A DNA stretch of 64,000 nucleotides from Desulfosudaceae bacterium (GCA_963674745.2 CAXXDV010000003.1:2304001-2368000); one strand, 5' to 3'. Shown: positions 49,509 through 60,612, numbered from the stretch's first letter. The notes: generated by a model from the letters alone, not told the origin. Program-made: numbers and translations.

Positions 49509-49786
49509 CTATATAGGTCATACACGTCTGCGGTGTCAAGAATAAATTATAAGTATATGTTTGTTTTGACAAATCCATATTCATATAAAACTCAAAAAAG
49601 TGAATAATACGTCAGATTGGGCCTCGACCTGGATTTAAAAAACCTGCGTCTGAAACAATTCGAGCCATTGATCGGTTTGGTCATTCCGTTCAAAAACCAA
49701 TAAAATACCAAAAAGAAGAATAGCATCAGAAAAATTATTGTGATAGATTATAGATTCCTTCGAACCTGCCGGGGAGAGTAACCCAA

Positions 49787-50434
49787 ATGAAACTACCCGC
49801 CTTTATCCGTGCCCTGGAAAAACATTATCACAGCAGTCAGGCCCCGGTTGTGACCCTGATTGCCGATCGCGGGGCATCGCCTTTTGAGATTCTGGTGTCT
49901 ACCCTGCTCTCTTTGAGGACCAAGGACGCGGTCACCACCCTGGCCACCGCCCGCCTCCTGGAAAAAGCCCGCACCCCGGAACAGATGCTGGCGTTGTCCG
50001 AAAAACAGATTGAAAAGCAGATCTACCCGGTGGGGTTTTATCCCACCAAGGCCAAACGGCTCAAACAGATCTGCAGCATGTTGATGACCCAGTTCAACGG
50101 CATTGTCCCGGATTCTTTGGATGAACTGCTGACGTTGCCCGGCGTGGGCCGCAAAACCGCCAACCTGATCTTAATCGAAGGGTTCGGCCATGACGCCATC
50201 TGCGTGGACACCCATGTCCACCGCATCAGCAACCGCATCGGCCTGGTGGACACCAAAACCCCGGACCAGACCGAAGCCGCTTTAAAAGAAGCCCTGCCTA
50301 AAAAATACTGGCGGCGGTACAACAGCCTGCTGGTATGTTTCGGACAGACCATATGCGTTCCGGTGTCACCGTTTTGCAGCAAATGCCCGGTAAAACGAAG
50401 ATGCCCCAAAAACGCCGTAACCAAATCAAGATGA
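49787..50434 (+). CDS. nth: Endonuclease III
   Basis: LPGVGRKTANL, VDTHVHRI, C-x6-C-x2-C-x5-C. Confidence 0.94.
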   Translation: MKLPAFIRALEKHYHSSQAPVVTLIADRGASPFEILVSTLLSLRTKDAVTTLATARLLEKARTPEQMLALSEKQIEKQIYPVGFYPTKAKRLKQICSMLMTQFNGIVPDSLDELLTLPGVGRKTANLILIEGFGHDAICVDTHVHRISNRIGLVDTKTPDQTEAALKEALPKKYWRRYNSLLVCFGQTICVPVSPFCSKCPVKRRCPKNAVTKSR

Positions 50435-50455
50435 CAATATCAAGGAGAGCCCCAA

Positions 50456-51133
50456 ATGGACTTTGAAACTACGGTCATGACCCGCCGCAGCATCAGAAAA
50501 TTCAAACCCGATCCAATCGACCGGGAAACCATCCGGCGTGTACTGACCCTGGCTGCCCGGGCGCCGTCGGCCATGAACACCCAGCCCTGGGATTTCTTCG
50601 TCATTACCGGCGACCCGCTTGAGAAAATCAAGCAGGACAACGTTGCCGCCTTAAGAAGCGCCAAGCCGGCCAAACCCGAGCATGCCCTGTCCGGATGGCC
50701 CCAGGACTCTGTTTTCCGCCGTCGCCAGGTCGACCTGGGTAAACAGCTGTTTACACTAATGGAAATCCCCAGGGACGATATGGAAAAACGCGTCTCCTGG
50801 ATGGAGCGGGGTTATCGCTATTTTGACGCGCCGGTGGCCGTCATCATCACCTATGACGCCGCCTTCTCCCACCCCGGCCCCTTGATGGACATCGGGGCGG
50901 TCATACAGACCCTGTGCCTGGCGGCCACTGATACCGGCCTGTCCACCTGCATCGAAGACCAGGGCGTGCATTATCCGGATGTTGTCCGGCGGCATGCCCC
51001 CATTCCGGAATCAAAACAAATGGCTACGGCTATTGCCCTGGGCTACCCGGACCCGGATTTTCCGGCCAACCGGATCCAGAGCGAACGGGCGGACGTAGAT
51101 GATATCACGACCTGGATCGGGTTTGATTCGTGA
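50456..51133 (+). CDS. Nitroreductase family protein
   Basis: RRSIRKF, APSAMNTQPW, IALGYP. Confidence 0.92.
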   Translation: MDFETTVMTRRSIRKFKPDPIDRETIRRVLTLAARAPSAMNTQPWDFFVITGDPLEKIKQDNVAALRSAKPAKPEHALSGWPQDSVFRRRQVDLGKQLFTLMEIPRDDMEKRVSWMERGYRYFDAPVAVIITYDAAFSHPGPLMDIGAVIQTLCLAATDTGLSTCIEDQGVHYPDVVRRHAPIPESKQMATAIALGYPDPDFPANRIQSERADVDDITTWIGFDS

Positions 51134-51894
51134 TTGAGCTATCAGAAAACGGTTTGAAATTATACCGGTTTCCCAACCTGTCCGGCTGTCCCGGGCTGGT
51201 CCATGGTGTTTTCACCCGTATTGGCGGCAACAGCCCGCCGCCATTTGACAGCCTCAACATGAGCACCGGGGCGGGTGATGACGCCGAAAGGGTCAGCCGC
51301 AACCGGAATTCCGTTGCAACCTGTTTTGACAGCCGCCCCATTCTTTTTTTAAACCAGATTCACGAAGATGATATCCTGGTTTTTTCCAGCGATGATCCTG
51401 CCCCCGACCCGGCCAAAAAACGCCGGGGCGACGCCATGATCACCAACCGTCCCGGGCTGTTGCTGGCCGTCAAACTGGCCGACTGCCAGGGCGTCATCCT
51501 GTATGACCCGGACCAAAAGGTGGCGGCGGCCGTTCATTCCGGATGGCGCGGCAGCGTGATCAATATCATCGGCAAAACCATCGCCCGCATGGAAACGGAA
51601 TTCGGCTCTGCGCCGGAAAACATCCTGGCCGGCATCAGCCCGTCTCTTGGTCCCTGCTGCGCGGAATTTATCCATTATAAAAGCGAGCTGCCGGAATCTT
51701 TTCGGCCCTATAAAGACGGACGGGATTGTTTTGACTTCTGGCAAATCAGCCGGGACCAGATGACGGCCGCCGGTCTGTTGGGAAAAAACATTGAAATCGC
51801 CGGTATCTGCACCAGCTGCCGCACCGACCTGTTTTATTCCTATCGCAAAGAAGGCCGGACCGGCCGTTTTACGACCGTGGCAGGGATAATTTAA
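51130..51894 (+). CDS. pgeF: Peptidoglycan editing factor PgeF/YfiH
   Basis: QIH, ADC, HSGWRG, FYSYR. Confidence 0.92.
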   Translation: MIELSENGLKLYRFPNLSGCPGLVHGVFTRIGGNSPPPFDSLNMSTGAGDDAERVSRNRNSVATCFDSRPILFLNQIHEDDILVFSSDDPAPDPAKKRRGDAMITNRPGLLLAVKLADCQGVILYDPDQKVAAAVHSGWRGSVINIIGKTIARMETEFGSAPENILAGISPSLGPCCAEFIHYKSELPESFRPYKDGRDCFDFWQISRDQMTAAGLLGKNIEIAGICTSCRTDLFYSYRKEGRTGRFTTVAGII

Positions 51895-52041
51895 AGCGGA
51901 CATTTGGGGGGGCCGGTCATCCCCGTCCTTATCGATATCCAAAGCACTGCATAATAAGGGGAGACGTCACACACCGTTGCGAAATGCCCATTTTTGTACA
52001 ATAGTGTCATATGAATTCTTGCAGCACAAAATAATTGAAGT

Positions 52042-53238
52042 TTGTTCCTGAATATTTTTGTTTCCATGGCTACGGAGGGTACCATGACCTTAAGGGTTCT
52101 AATTGCTATTACTATTACTTTAGTAATTCTAGAAACAGGGTCATATTTATTCGACCCGCCCGTTACAACGATAGTTGAATTTTTAGAAGACGGTACAATG
52201 ATTCTGGATAGGCTCCCAGACGCAGGGCTCTATATACGTACATCAAAAGGGACACGATTAAGAAAAAATGTCCGCGCAATCTTGAGGAACCATGTTTTTG
52301 GTGTACCTGAAGTGGAGATTATTACCAATTCTCTGGGGTTTAGACATAAAGAATTGGATAAAAAAGAACCGAATTTATGCCGTATACTTGTTTTAGGAGA
52401 CAGTATTACTTTTGGCGACTGTATGCCCAATAAGCTTACTTACCCCAGCCAAATCGAGTTTTGTTTAAATACCAACAATCAAAAAAATAGAACGGAAGAC
52501 GTATTTGAAGTAATTAATGCCGGAATAGGTTCCATTGATTTAGAAAATGAATTTGAAATTTTAAAAGAATCTTGCCTGGCAGTTGATCCGGATATCGTTA
52601 TCGTTGGTCTATACTTAAACGATGCCTTTGGTTCACCGGCATTTAAGATGCTACATCCACCGCCCATTTTAGATAAGAGCCATTTCATAAAAGTTCTCTG
52701 GGATAAAACGAATAAGGTCCGTGTTGTACATCAATTAAATAAATGGTTAACATCACAAGAAAAAATAATCAGGCATGAAAAAGAAAAATTTGCTCAATTG
52801 AATCAAATAACAGGTGTTGGAAGACCTGGTTCACAAATTTGGCTTAATCAGGAAATCTACAAAAATTTCAGCGACTGGGGATATGCGTGGAGTGAGGGAT
52901 ACTGGAACCGTGTTCTACCGATTTTAGAATTAATGCAAAAATCAGCCGAACAAAATGATTTCCAACTTCTTGTTGTGTTTTTTCCGGTTGCCCAACAAGT
53001 ATATTCAAATTACGATAATAGTGAGCCGCAAAAGAGGTTTTGCATTGAAATGGAAAAACGCAAAATTTTATATCTAGATATACTTCCCTTACTGAGAGAG
53101 AAGGTTAGGAAAGATCATGTACAGATTTTCTTTGATCATTGTCATTATAATAGAGGAGGAAATGCATTTATAGGCAAAACAATTTCTATTTCCATCATAC
53201 GACATTTCTTTAAAGATGATAATTATAACGGATTATAA
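52042..53238 (+). CDS. SGNH/GDSL hydrolase family protein (start uncertain, 52066 or 52084)
   Basis: RILVLGDSITFG, INAGIG, YLND, DHCH. Confidence 0.85.
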   Translation: MFLNIFVSMATEGTMTLRVLIAITITLVILETGSYLFDPPVTTIVEFLEDGTMILDRLPDAGLYIRTSKGTRLRKNVRAILRNHVFGVPEVEIITNSLGFRHKELDKKEPNLCRILVLGDSITFGDCMPNKLTYPSQIEFCLNTNNQKNRTEDVFEVINAGIGSIDLENEFEILKESCLAVDPDIVIVGLYLNDAFGSPAFKMLHPPPILDKSHFIKVLWDKTNKVRVVHQLNKWLTSQEKIIRHEKEKFAQLNQITGVGRPGSQIWLNQEIYKNFSDWGYAWSEGYWNRVLPILELMQKSAEQNDFQLLVVFFPVAQQVYSNYDNSEPQKRFCIEMEKRKILYLDILPLLREKVRKDHVQIFFDHCHYNRGGNAFIGKTISISIIRHFFKDDNYNGL

Positions 53239-54941
53239 AGTGACCGGTCAATTTCAACCTCCAGATCATGATCTAAGATCAGATCTTTTTCACGCACCGT
53301 TCCGATTGCCTGGTTGGCATTTTTTTCAGCGCCGGTTTGTTTAAGCCTGAAAACCGATATGATTTTTGCTCCTTTGACTACAATGGAGAATATCTCTTCA
53401 TCAAGGTTTTTCACTATATTATCCCACCGATAGTTTGTAAGATAATAATCTGCGTACTTTATATCTGAGACATACCAAATTCGCTGCCGCTGTTTTTCCG
53501 GAAGGATGCAAAGATTAAGAAAACACGAATCATTGGGGGCAAAGACGGTTATTTTTTCCCTGTCATCAACTTTTAGAATTTTTTCCAGTGCCTGTCGATA
53601 AGAAAGTCCCCAATAATCCATCTCGAACTTGTCTTTTACACGATTATAATCTCCACCGGCAATAATGTTGAAATAGACGTTGCCATGGGGATGGTATCTT
53701 ACCATAAACGCCAGAACAAAAATCATGTTGAACGATAGGCACAAAACCAGGCTGCTTCTTAAGAAGAACCTCTTTTTTATCCCGTGTCTTGATGCCACCG
53801 TCCATAGCATTTTTATGCCTTTTACACCGATAATCACAAAAGCCGGATAGACAAAAAACAGATGGCGCCAGGCATCATAAATCGTTGCCTTCAAAGCAAT
53901 AAGAACGATTATCGGGCCAAAAAACCATGCCAGGAGCAAAAGGCTCTCCGTTTTATTCAAAAGAAAAATTTTCCGGCTTTTCGTCATTTCAGTTATGATT
54001 CTGATCACGCCTAAGCAAAAACAAAAAGAATATACTGGTGGAATTGTTATCACCATCCAGACCGGAATGTAGTGCCAAGGAAGCGCGTTGGACTTATAAT
54101 GCGCCCCCAAATAAAACACATCAACTACGGTTGGATGTCTGCTCATGTAGCGAAAGGCTTCTATAAAATTGTTCAGCGGCGCCGGCCAAAGATAGGGCCA
54201 AAAAACTATCGTCAGTAAGACAAAAACAGGCAAAAAGAGCATGATCCGCTTAAAGAGCAGAGTCGCCTGTCTCTTTTGAACAAACTGCAACGCTGTCCAA
54301 AAAAGAGTAAAAGCAGGGATTATGATTCCTATTAGACGTACATCCACGAGGCAGGCAGAAGCGGTAGCATGTAAAAGGCTGTTAAAAACGGAACTTTTTC
54401 TCATAAAGACGGTCATGGTAAAAAAAGCGATGACAAACTGGCCCATAAAAATGATGTCTTTAGAGTTGTAAAAAGCGTGTGCGAATATTCTCGGGTTCAA
54501 AATCAGCATCCCGACTGCAATAAAAGCCATAGGCCAGCTTTTAAGCAAACGTCTTGATAAAAAATAAAAGACGATGCAGGAAAAATAAAAGAAAAGAAAA
54601 GTGGCATAATGCCGGGTGAAAAAGACATCCCTGAAGGTTTCTGGATTTAATAAAAACTCCAAGAAAATAAGCGGCAATTCAAAGGCCGTTCCGTAAAATC
54701 TGTCCCCATAATCATTCAGACCGGGGTCACCGATTAGGTATTTAAAAGCCCCGTAACCGGTCATCCGTTGAACATATTCATCACTGGAAAGACCGTAATC
54801 GCCAACAGATGTTAGTCCCACCACCAGCAGAAGAATAAAAACAACAAAAAAAATCAGAATCTCTTTGTTCGTCATGAATCTTGCCTTTGCCCGGCCGGGG
54901 AACAAACTGTTTTGGTAATTATTAACGGACATAAATAGCAA
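53223..54941 (-). CDS. GT-C (ArnT/PMT-like) membrane glycosyltransferase (start possibly 54875)
   Basis: DYGLSSDE, NSKDI, many TMs, LPWHY, YDAWRH, DYWG. Confidence 0.8.
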   Translation of the reverse strand: MLFMSVNNYQNSLFPGRAKARFMTNKEILIFFVVFILLLVVGLTSVGDYGLSSDEYVQRMTGYGAFKYLIGDPGLNDYGDRFYGTAFELPLIFLEFLLNPETFRDVFFTRHYATFLFFYFSCIVFYFLSRRLLKSWPMAFIAVGMLILNPRIFAHAFYNSKDIIFMGQFVIAFFTMTVFMRKSSVFNSLLHATASACLVDVRLIGIIIPAFTLFWTALQFVQKRQATLLFKRIMLFLPVFVLLTIVFWPYLWPAPLNNFIEAFRYMSRHPTVVDVFYLGAHYKSNALPWHYIPVWMVITIPPVYSFCFCLGVIRIITEMTKSRKIFLLNKTESLLLLAWFFGPIIVLIALKATIYDAWRHLFFVYPAFVIIGVKGIKMLWTVASRHGIKKRFFLRSSLVLCLSFNMIFVLAFMVRYHPHGNVYFNIIAGGDYNRVKDKFEMDYWGLSYRQALEKILKVDDREKITVFAPNDSCFLNLCILPEKQRQRIWYVSDIKYADYYLTNYRWDNIVKNLDEEIFSIVVKGAKIISVFRLKQTGAEKNANQAIGTVREKDLILDHDLEVEIDRSLYNPL

Positions 54942-55084
54942 GGCCCAATAAAAACTCTGGTAACTTTTTCATAATTTATTTCCTGTTTTTCACCCTTTAC
55001 AAATGGGATTATAATAAATTAAGTATAGAAGCCAGTAGCAACCAGTTTGTTTTTAAATTGAATTATTTAGCCACATTCATCAAG

Positions 55085-56614
55085 TCAAGGCCCGTTAGAA
55101 CGAAATAGCCTGTGGTCGATGTTCTTGGCGATAAGCGTGGCCAGGGTCATGATGGTGATCTGGGGATTAACGCCCAGCGAGGAAGGCACTACGCTGCCGT
55201 CGGAAACATAAAGATTCCTGACGTCATAAGTCTCGCCGGTCGGGCTGACCGCGCCAAGTCGCGGATGGGCGGCCATTCGGCACGATCCCAGCGGGTGAAA
55301 GGCCAGCATTTCCACATGAACGGGCTTGATCTTCATGGCCAGCAGTTTTTCAATGTCAGCCGCGGAATGGATCACCGGCATTGGCGCAATCCCGGTAAAC
55401 ACCTTGCGCGCACCGGCCGCAAAGAAAATTTCGGCCGTGCGGGCCACGCCGGTGACCAGCCGCTTGATGTCCTGCCAAACGACAAAATAGGTAGAAACCG
55501 GCCGGTTGGCCCGGCCGCTGCCCGGCAGGTTAAATACCCGACCGGTTGTTTCGTCATGGGCCATGACCCCGAAAGCCGCCAGCCGTTTGCAATCCATAGC
55601 CATCTGCTTGTGTGCCTGACCGATGCCCGGAAGGGCCGGCAGCATCAGGGAGGGATGGACGAATATCCCTTCCAGCATGATGCCCTGTCCGTGAAAATCA
55701 TCCACATAGGCGCCCTGGGAAACGCCTTTCCAGCCCTCGACGACCTCGTCCATCAGGGCCACCACCCGGGTGCCGGGATGAATCTGCAGATTGTTGCCGA
55801 TATGCCTGTTTTTCAAGCCATTCCGTTTTAAGAAAGCAGGGCTGATCATGGCCCCGCAGGCCACCACCACCATCCGGGCGGCCACCTCGACCGTGTAGTG
55901 TCGGGTGCCTGTCTCAGGATGAATCACCGATGCGACAACACCATTCACGATATGGTTGCGGATGATCAGTTTTTCCGCCCGGCAGTCGGCCAGAATCCGG
56001 GCGCCATGCTGTTTTGCCAGAGGAATATAGGTAACATCCACGCTCTGCTTGGCCCCCTCCTGACAGCCGAACTGACATGGTCCGCACCCCTTGCAGTCTT
56101 TGACATTATGCATCAGCGGACGACAGGTCAGGCCCAGCCGGTCACAACCCCGCTTGACTATTTGTGCGTTCTTTCCCAGCACCTCCCAGGGGAGCCGGGT
56201 AACGTTGAGTATTTTTTCCACCCGCTCGAACAGAGGGCTCAGGTTCTCCGGCGTCAGCCGATCCAATCCCAGATCATGGCGCCAGTTGGCCAGCACTGTA
56301 TCCGGCGTGCGAAAACAGGTGGCCGAGTTGACGGTGCTGGAACCGCCGATGCACCGGCCCATGGTCACGGATATGGCGGTGTTACCGATGGTGCCGGTAG
56401 CCCCGCCGTCCCGGTACATGCGCATCAATCCGGGCAGCGGCATGCCATTACATTCCGACTGTTTAACATGGCTGCCTTCTTCCAGCAGCACAACATCGTG
56501 ACCTTTCTCCGCCAGTTCCTTGGCCACTACCGCGCCGCCCGGGCCACTGCCGATCACGCAGACATCGCAGGCCAGATGAAGGTCGGATTGATAGTCTTCA
56601 AAAGTGGTAATCAT
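55085..56614 (-). CDS. GMC-family oxidoreductase
   Basis: VIGSGPGG, GGSSTVN, CKGCGPC, HPLGSCRM, SLGVNPQIT. Confidence 0.92.
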   Translation of the reverse strand: MITTFEDYQSDLHLACDVCVIGSGPGGAVVAKELAEKGHDVVLLEEGSHVKQSECNGMPLPGLMRMYRDGGATGTIGNTAISVTMGRCIGGSSTVNSATCFRTPDTVLANWRHDLGLDRLTPENLSPLFERVEKILNVTRLPWEVLGKNAQIVKRGCDRLGLTCRPLMHNVKDCKGCGPCQFGCQEGAKQSVDVTYIPLAKQHGARILADCRAEKLIIRNHIVNGVVASVIHPETGTRHYTVEVAARMVVVACGAMISPAFLKRNGLKNRHIGNNLQIHPGTRVVALMDEVVEGWKGVSQGAYVDDFHGQGIMLEGIFVHPSLMLPALPGIGQAHKQMAMDCKRLAAFGVMAHDETTGRVFNLPGSGRANRPVSTYFVVWQDIKRLVTGVARTAEIFFAAGARKVFTGIAPMPVIHSAADIEKLLAMKIKPVHVEMLAFHPLGSCRMAAHPRLGAVSPTGETYDVRNLYVSDGSVVPSSLGVNPQITIMTLATLIAKNIDHRLFRSNGP

Positions 56615-56676
56615 AAACCCTGCCCGTCTTTCGGTTCACCCCGCATTACATTAATCATGAACAATCCCCTCGGCCC

Positions 56677-56824
56677 GTAGGGGCAACCCCCTGTGATTGC
56701 CCTTCACCGGGCGGCCACGGGGGGCCGCCGCTAAACTGTCCATGAACGCCCTCCACGGCCCGTAGGGGCAACCTCCTGTGGTTGCCCTATCCGTTTCCGG
56801 GCAGGCACGGGGGCCTGCCCCTAC
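56677..56824. repeat. Cluster of four GTAG-type REP palindromes
   Basis: Same units and linker as 10610-10815. Confidence 0.85.
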
Positions 56825-56863
56825 AAAATTCGCACGCGACCGACAACCTCCCTGTTGTTAAAT

Positions 56864-57766
56864 TCATGGGCCGTCAGGATCAAGGTGACACCCATGCACA
56901 TACCCGATGGATTCGGCCGGAATCTGCTGCTCGTAAAAGGCCGTCATGGTCAGCAGCTTCAAAAACAAAATGATATACCTGTGATACAGCAGCCGGCCGG
57001 ATTCCATCCGCTCGAAAAAACGCTCCGCTTTTTTTCGGGAAAGCCGGGAAAACCGGCGACCGTTGAAGATCAAAGAGACCAGCTCGACATACCAGAGCAT
57101 GAGCGGGGTCAGGCGACGGATCACCGGGGCCAGTGTGTCCAGGTAGGCGTTTACCCGGGGAACCAGTTCATAATCAGCCGCGCCTGCTTCAAAAGCACCA
57201 CCCCGGGGAATAATCGTGCCGGCCGCTTTTTTGAAAAAAGTCTCGGCTTTACCATGAATAACGGGCCCGGCTTTTCCTGGCGGCCGCAAGGGGGCATCAA
57301 CCCTGTTTTTGACCTGTTTCCCGGTAAAACGGCCGCGGCCTTCCCTTTCAACCGAGAAATAAAATGAATTAAACGTCAGGCCGAACAGCCGGAAAACGCC
57401 ACGGCCCAGGTAGCACTGGTCACCGACCTTTTTCAGTTCATCATTCAGGGGACGCAACCAGAAGGGGTTGCCGGTCCGGTTGTAATTGATGCGCAACACC
57501 TGCTGGCCGTCACCCAGAATCGAGTCTGCCGGTTCAATGGTAAACAAACCGATACGAATTTTACCGGCAAATTCATTAAAGCCGCCGCTTTCCGGTTCGG
57601 GGTCGGCAACATCGACCGGGAAAAACTTACGGTGGCCGAAGAACCGCAACGGGGGCAGAAAACCGGTCACCAGTCTTACCGCATAATACCCATGCAGCTC
57701 TTCCGTACCCGGCGGCGGACTTTGAGCAAACTGTTTTTTTAATTTCAAAAACGGCCTGAACCCCAT
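56864..57766 (-). CDS. Two-domain hypothetical protein; C-terminal half resembles gluconate-2-dehydrogenase subunit-3-like GMC partners
   Basis: AGTIIP, RFSRLS..K, LK.L...AFY...SIGY; upstream of GMC gene. Confidence 0.6.
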   Translation of the reverse strand: MGFRPFLKLKKQFAQSPPPGTEELHGYYAVRLVTGFLPPLRFFGHRKFFPVDVADPEPESGGFNEFAGKIRIGLFTIEPADSILGDGQQVLRINYNRTGNPFWLRPLNDELKKVGDQCYLGRGVFRLFGLTFNSFYFSVEREGRGRFTGKQVKNRVDAPLRPPGKAGPVIHGKAETFFKKAAGTIIPRGGAFEAGAADYELVPRVNAYLDTLAPVIRRLTPLMLWYVELVSLIFNGRRFSRLSRKKAERFFERMESGRLLYHRYIILFLKLLTMTAFYEQQIPAESIGYVHGCHLDPDGP

Positions 57767-57804
57767 TTCACCCTCGAATCCTCGAGCCTGGAACTTTAAA
57801 AAAA

Positions 57805-57971
57805 TAACCGTGACAAAAGGGCACGGCACGCCGTGCCCCTACAACATTTGCGAACGGACGGTGAACCCTTAAACAAATAACCATGACAAAAGGGCACGGC
57901 ACGCCGTGCCCCTACCGTATTTGCGAACGGACGGTAAACCTTGAACCTCTTGAACCCTGAACCTTGAACCT
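57805..57971. repeat. Two direct copies of a REP-containing unit followed by TGAACC tandem repeats
   Basis: TGACAAAAGGGCACGGCACGCCGTGCCCCTAC...TTTGCGAACGGACGG twice. Confidence 0.8.
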
Positions 57972-58086
57972 ATTAATTACCACAACCGCAAGAATCCGAA
58001 AACATCTAAAAAATCTTGAGTCTGAGCCCTGATAAGCATAAATTAGAACATTCAGCCCGACAACCCGAAACAAAGAGGACAAAACC

Positions 58087-58956
58087 ATGACGGAAAAAAT
58101 TATTATTACGGCAGCCCTGGCCGGTGCCGCCACATTCAAGAACAATAACCCGGCCGTCCCTTACACGCCTGAAGAATTCGCCGAAGAAGCCGCCGCCGCT
58201 CACCGTGCCGGAGCGGCCATGGTACATGTCCACGCCCGGACCGACGACGGTTGGGCCACCTGGGAAGTCGACCGGATCCGGCAGACCTATGACGCCATCC
58301 GGCAGAAAACACCCGAACTGATCGTCAACCTGAGTTCCGCCGTGGGCCTGGGCGCTACTGCCGAACAGCGGATCGAACAGATCGTGGCCATCAAACCGGA
58401 AATGGCCTCTTTGAACACCAACACCATGAACTTCAGCGTTATCGACCGCAACAGCGGACAGATCATCATGGACTATGTCTTTGAGAACACATTTACCATG
58501 CTCCAGGATTTCGGCCGGCAAATGGCGGAGAACCGGGTCAAACCGGAAATCGAAATTTATGATATCGGCGGATTTGACAATTATTCTTTGATCGCCAAAC
58601 AGGGCTTCTTTACCGAGCCGCTGAACTTTAATTTTGTCTGGGGAGTGGCCGGCGGCCAGCGTTTCCGTCCGGACGCCTTTATCACACTGGCACACGCGGT
58701 CCGCCATCTGGATCAGAAAGCTAATTTCACCACCTGCGGCGTGGGACTGGATGAATTTCCCGCCATCATGCAGTCAGCGCTCATGGGCGGACACATGCGG
58801 GTGGGGCTGGAAGACAACACCCGGCTGGGCAACGGACAACTGGCCAAAGGCAACTATGAACTCGTTGAGCAGGCGGTTAAAATCGCTGAAGTACTTGGGA
58901 AAGAGCCGGCCACACCGGATGAAGCCAGGGCCATCATGGGCTTAAGGGGCAATTAG
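58087..58956 (+). CDS. Beta-keto acid cleavage enzyme (BKACE/Kce family)
   Basis: IITAALAG, VPYTPEE, GAAMVHVHAR, GGHMRVGLEDN. Confidence 0.92.
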   Translation: MTEKIIITAALAGAATFKNNNPAVPYTPEEFAEEAAAAHRAGAAMVHVHARTDDGWATWEVDRIRQTYDAIRQKTPELIVNLSSAVGLGATAEQRIEQIVAIKPEMASLNTNTMNFSVIDRNSGQIIMDYVFENTFTMLQDFGRQMAENRVKPEIEIYDIGGFDNYSLIAKQGFFTEPLNFNFVWGVAGGQRFRPDAFITLAHAVRHLDQKANFTTCGVGLDEFPAIMQSALMGGHMRVGLEDNTRLGNGQLAKGNYELVEQAVKIAEVLGKEPATPDEARAIMGLRGN

Positions 58957-59161
58957 TAGTCAACCGAGGCCGCCCTAAAAGATAACAATTTGTTTATATT
59001 ATATTTTATTACCAAATTGAATTTTTCATATATTTTTTGACAAACATTCCTGCTTGGGTTATCATTTTCAAGTTAATATCTGTATGCATGCATCGCCCGG
59101 TGAACAGTGTTTATCGACACGGGCGACAACAAGCGAAAGCTAGAACATAAAGAAGTGAGAA

Positions 59162-60601
59162 GTGACAATATCAATTCCCAACATTCTGGTGATTGATGAC
59201 AGTGCCGCCATCCGGCACCGTCTGACCAAGTTGCTGGAACCGCTCAACGCCAATTTTGAACAAGCGGACAACGGTCGGCAGGCATGGGACATCATCAACA
59301 ACAAGAAATTCGACGTAATCCTGACGGACATTGATATGCCCGAAATGAGCGGGATTGAACTCTGTCGTCGTCTGAAAAAGAAGGATGATACCCGTGATAT
59401 CCCGGTAGTAGTTGTCAGTTCGCTGGATTCCGAAGAAGACATCGAAAAAGGGTTTGAGGTCGGTGCGACATACTATATCGCTAAAAACGATGTCTACACC
59501 GACCTGTTCAATGTGGTCGAGGGTATTCTTTCCCGGAGCAACCGCAACAGCAACCAGATCATTCTGATTGTCGATGATTCCGCTACCATCCGAAAAATCG
59601 TTGAACGGGGGTTGAAATCAGCCGGTTTCAGGACCATGACGGCTGAAAACGGTCGAAAGGCAATGGACGTTCTCAACGAACATATTCCCGACCTTATCTT
59701 AAGCGATATCGATATGCCGGAAATGAACGGTTTTGAATTCTGTGAAACCGTCTATGCCGACCAGCGCTTCTCGGGCATCCCGTTTATCGTCATGAGTGCC
59801 AAGAACGACCGCGGCCATATGAACCGCATGGTTCAACACGGGGCGGCCTCGTATGTCACCAAGCCTTTTAATATCGACTCACTGGTGTTACAGATTGAGG
59901 AAGTACTTTCCAACCAGTTCCGGCTGCTGCTCAAAGAAAGAGAACGGCTGGAAACGGAACGCAACCTGGTAATCGCCAGCATCTCCAGCCTGATTTCAGC
60001 CTTAGAAGCACGGGACCCTTACACCAAGGGGCATTCGGAAGTGGTCGGCCGGATCGTTTCCGGCATGCTGGCCTTGACCGGAGCGACCAAAAGAGAAATT
60101 GAAAACGCCCACATCGGCGGCCGGCTTCACGATATCGGCAAAATCGGCGTTCGGGACAGTGTCTTGCTCAAAAGCGGCCCCCTGACCGACATCGAACTGG
60201 CCCACATCATGGAACACCCGCTGAAAGGTGCTGAAATAATAAAAAATATACCCAGCCTGTCCGAAACGCTCGATATTGTCATGTATCATCATGAACGAAT
60301 GGACGGAAACGGCTACCCGGAAGGGCTCAAAGGCAGTGATATTCCCCTTCTGGCCAGAATGACGGCCGTGGCCGATACCTACCACGCTTTAAGCAGCGAC
60401 CGCCCCTATCGTACCGCCACCAGCCATGACAGGGCCCTTCAAATTATTTACGATGCCCGGGAGACGCAGCTTTGCCCGGACTGCGTTAAACTGTTTATAG
60501 AATGGTGCGATAAAAACAACTCCCACAAAGTCCTCAAACATAGAGCCCCAGAGACAGTAAAACCTTTCGATGTTCCTACCTCCTCGATCGCCTCCGGATA
60601 A
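59162..60601 (+). CDS. Response regulator with two receiver domains and an HD-GYP phosphodiesterase
   Basis: Two DD...D..MP...KP receiver sets; YTKGHS, LHDIGK, HHERMDGNGYP. Confidence 0.93.
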   Translation: MTISIPNILVIDDSAAIRHRLTKLLEPLNANFEQADNGRQAWDIINNKKFDVILTDIDMPEMSGIELCRRLKKKDDTRDIPVVVVSSLDSEEDIEKGFEVGATYYIAKNDVYTDLFNVVEGILSRSNRNSNQIILIVDDSATIRKIVERGLKSAGFRTMTAENGRKAMDVLNEHIPDLILSDIDMPEMNGFEFCETVYADQRFSGIPFIVMSAKNDRGHMNRMVQHGAASYVTKPFNIDSLVLQIEEVLSNQFRLLLKERERLETERNLVIASISSLISALEARDPYTKGHSEVVGRIVSGMLALTGATKREIENAHIGGRLHDIGKIGVRDSVLLKSGPLTDIELAHIMEHPLKGAEIIKNIPSLSETLDIVMYHHERMDGNGYPEGLKGSDIPLLARMTAVADTYHALSSDRPYRTATSHDRALQIIYDARETQLCPDCVKLFIEWCDKNNSHKVLKHRAPETVKPFDVPTSSIASG

Positions 60602-60612
60602 ATTGGATCCAG

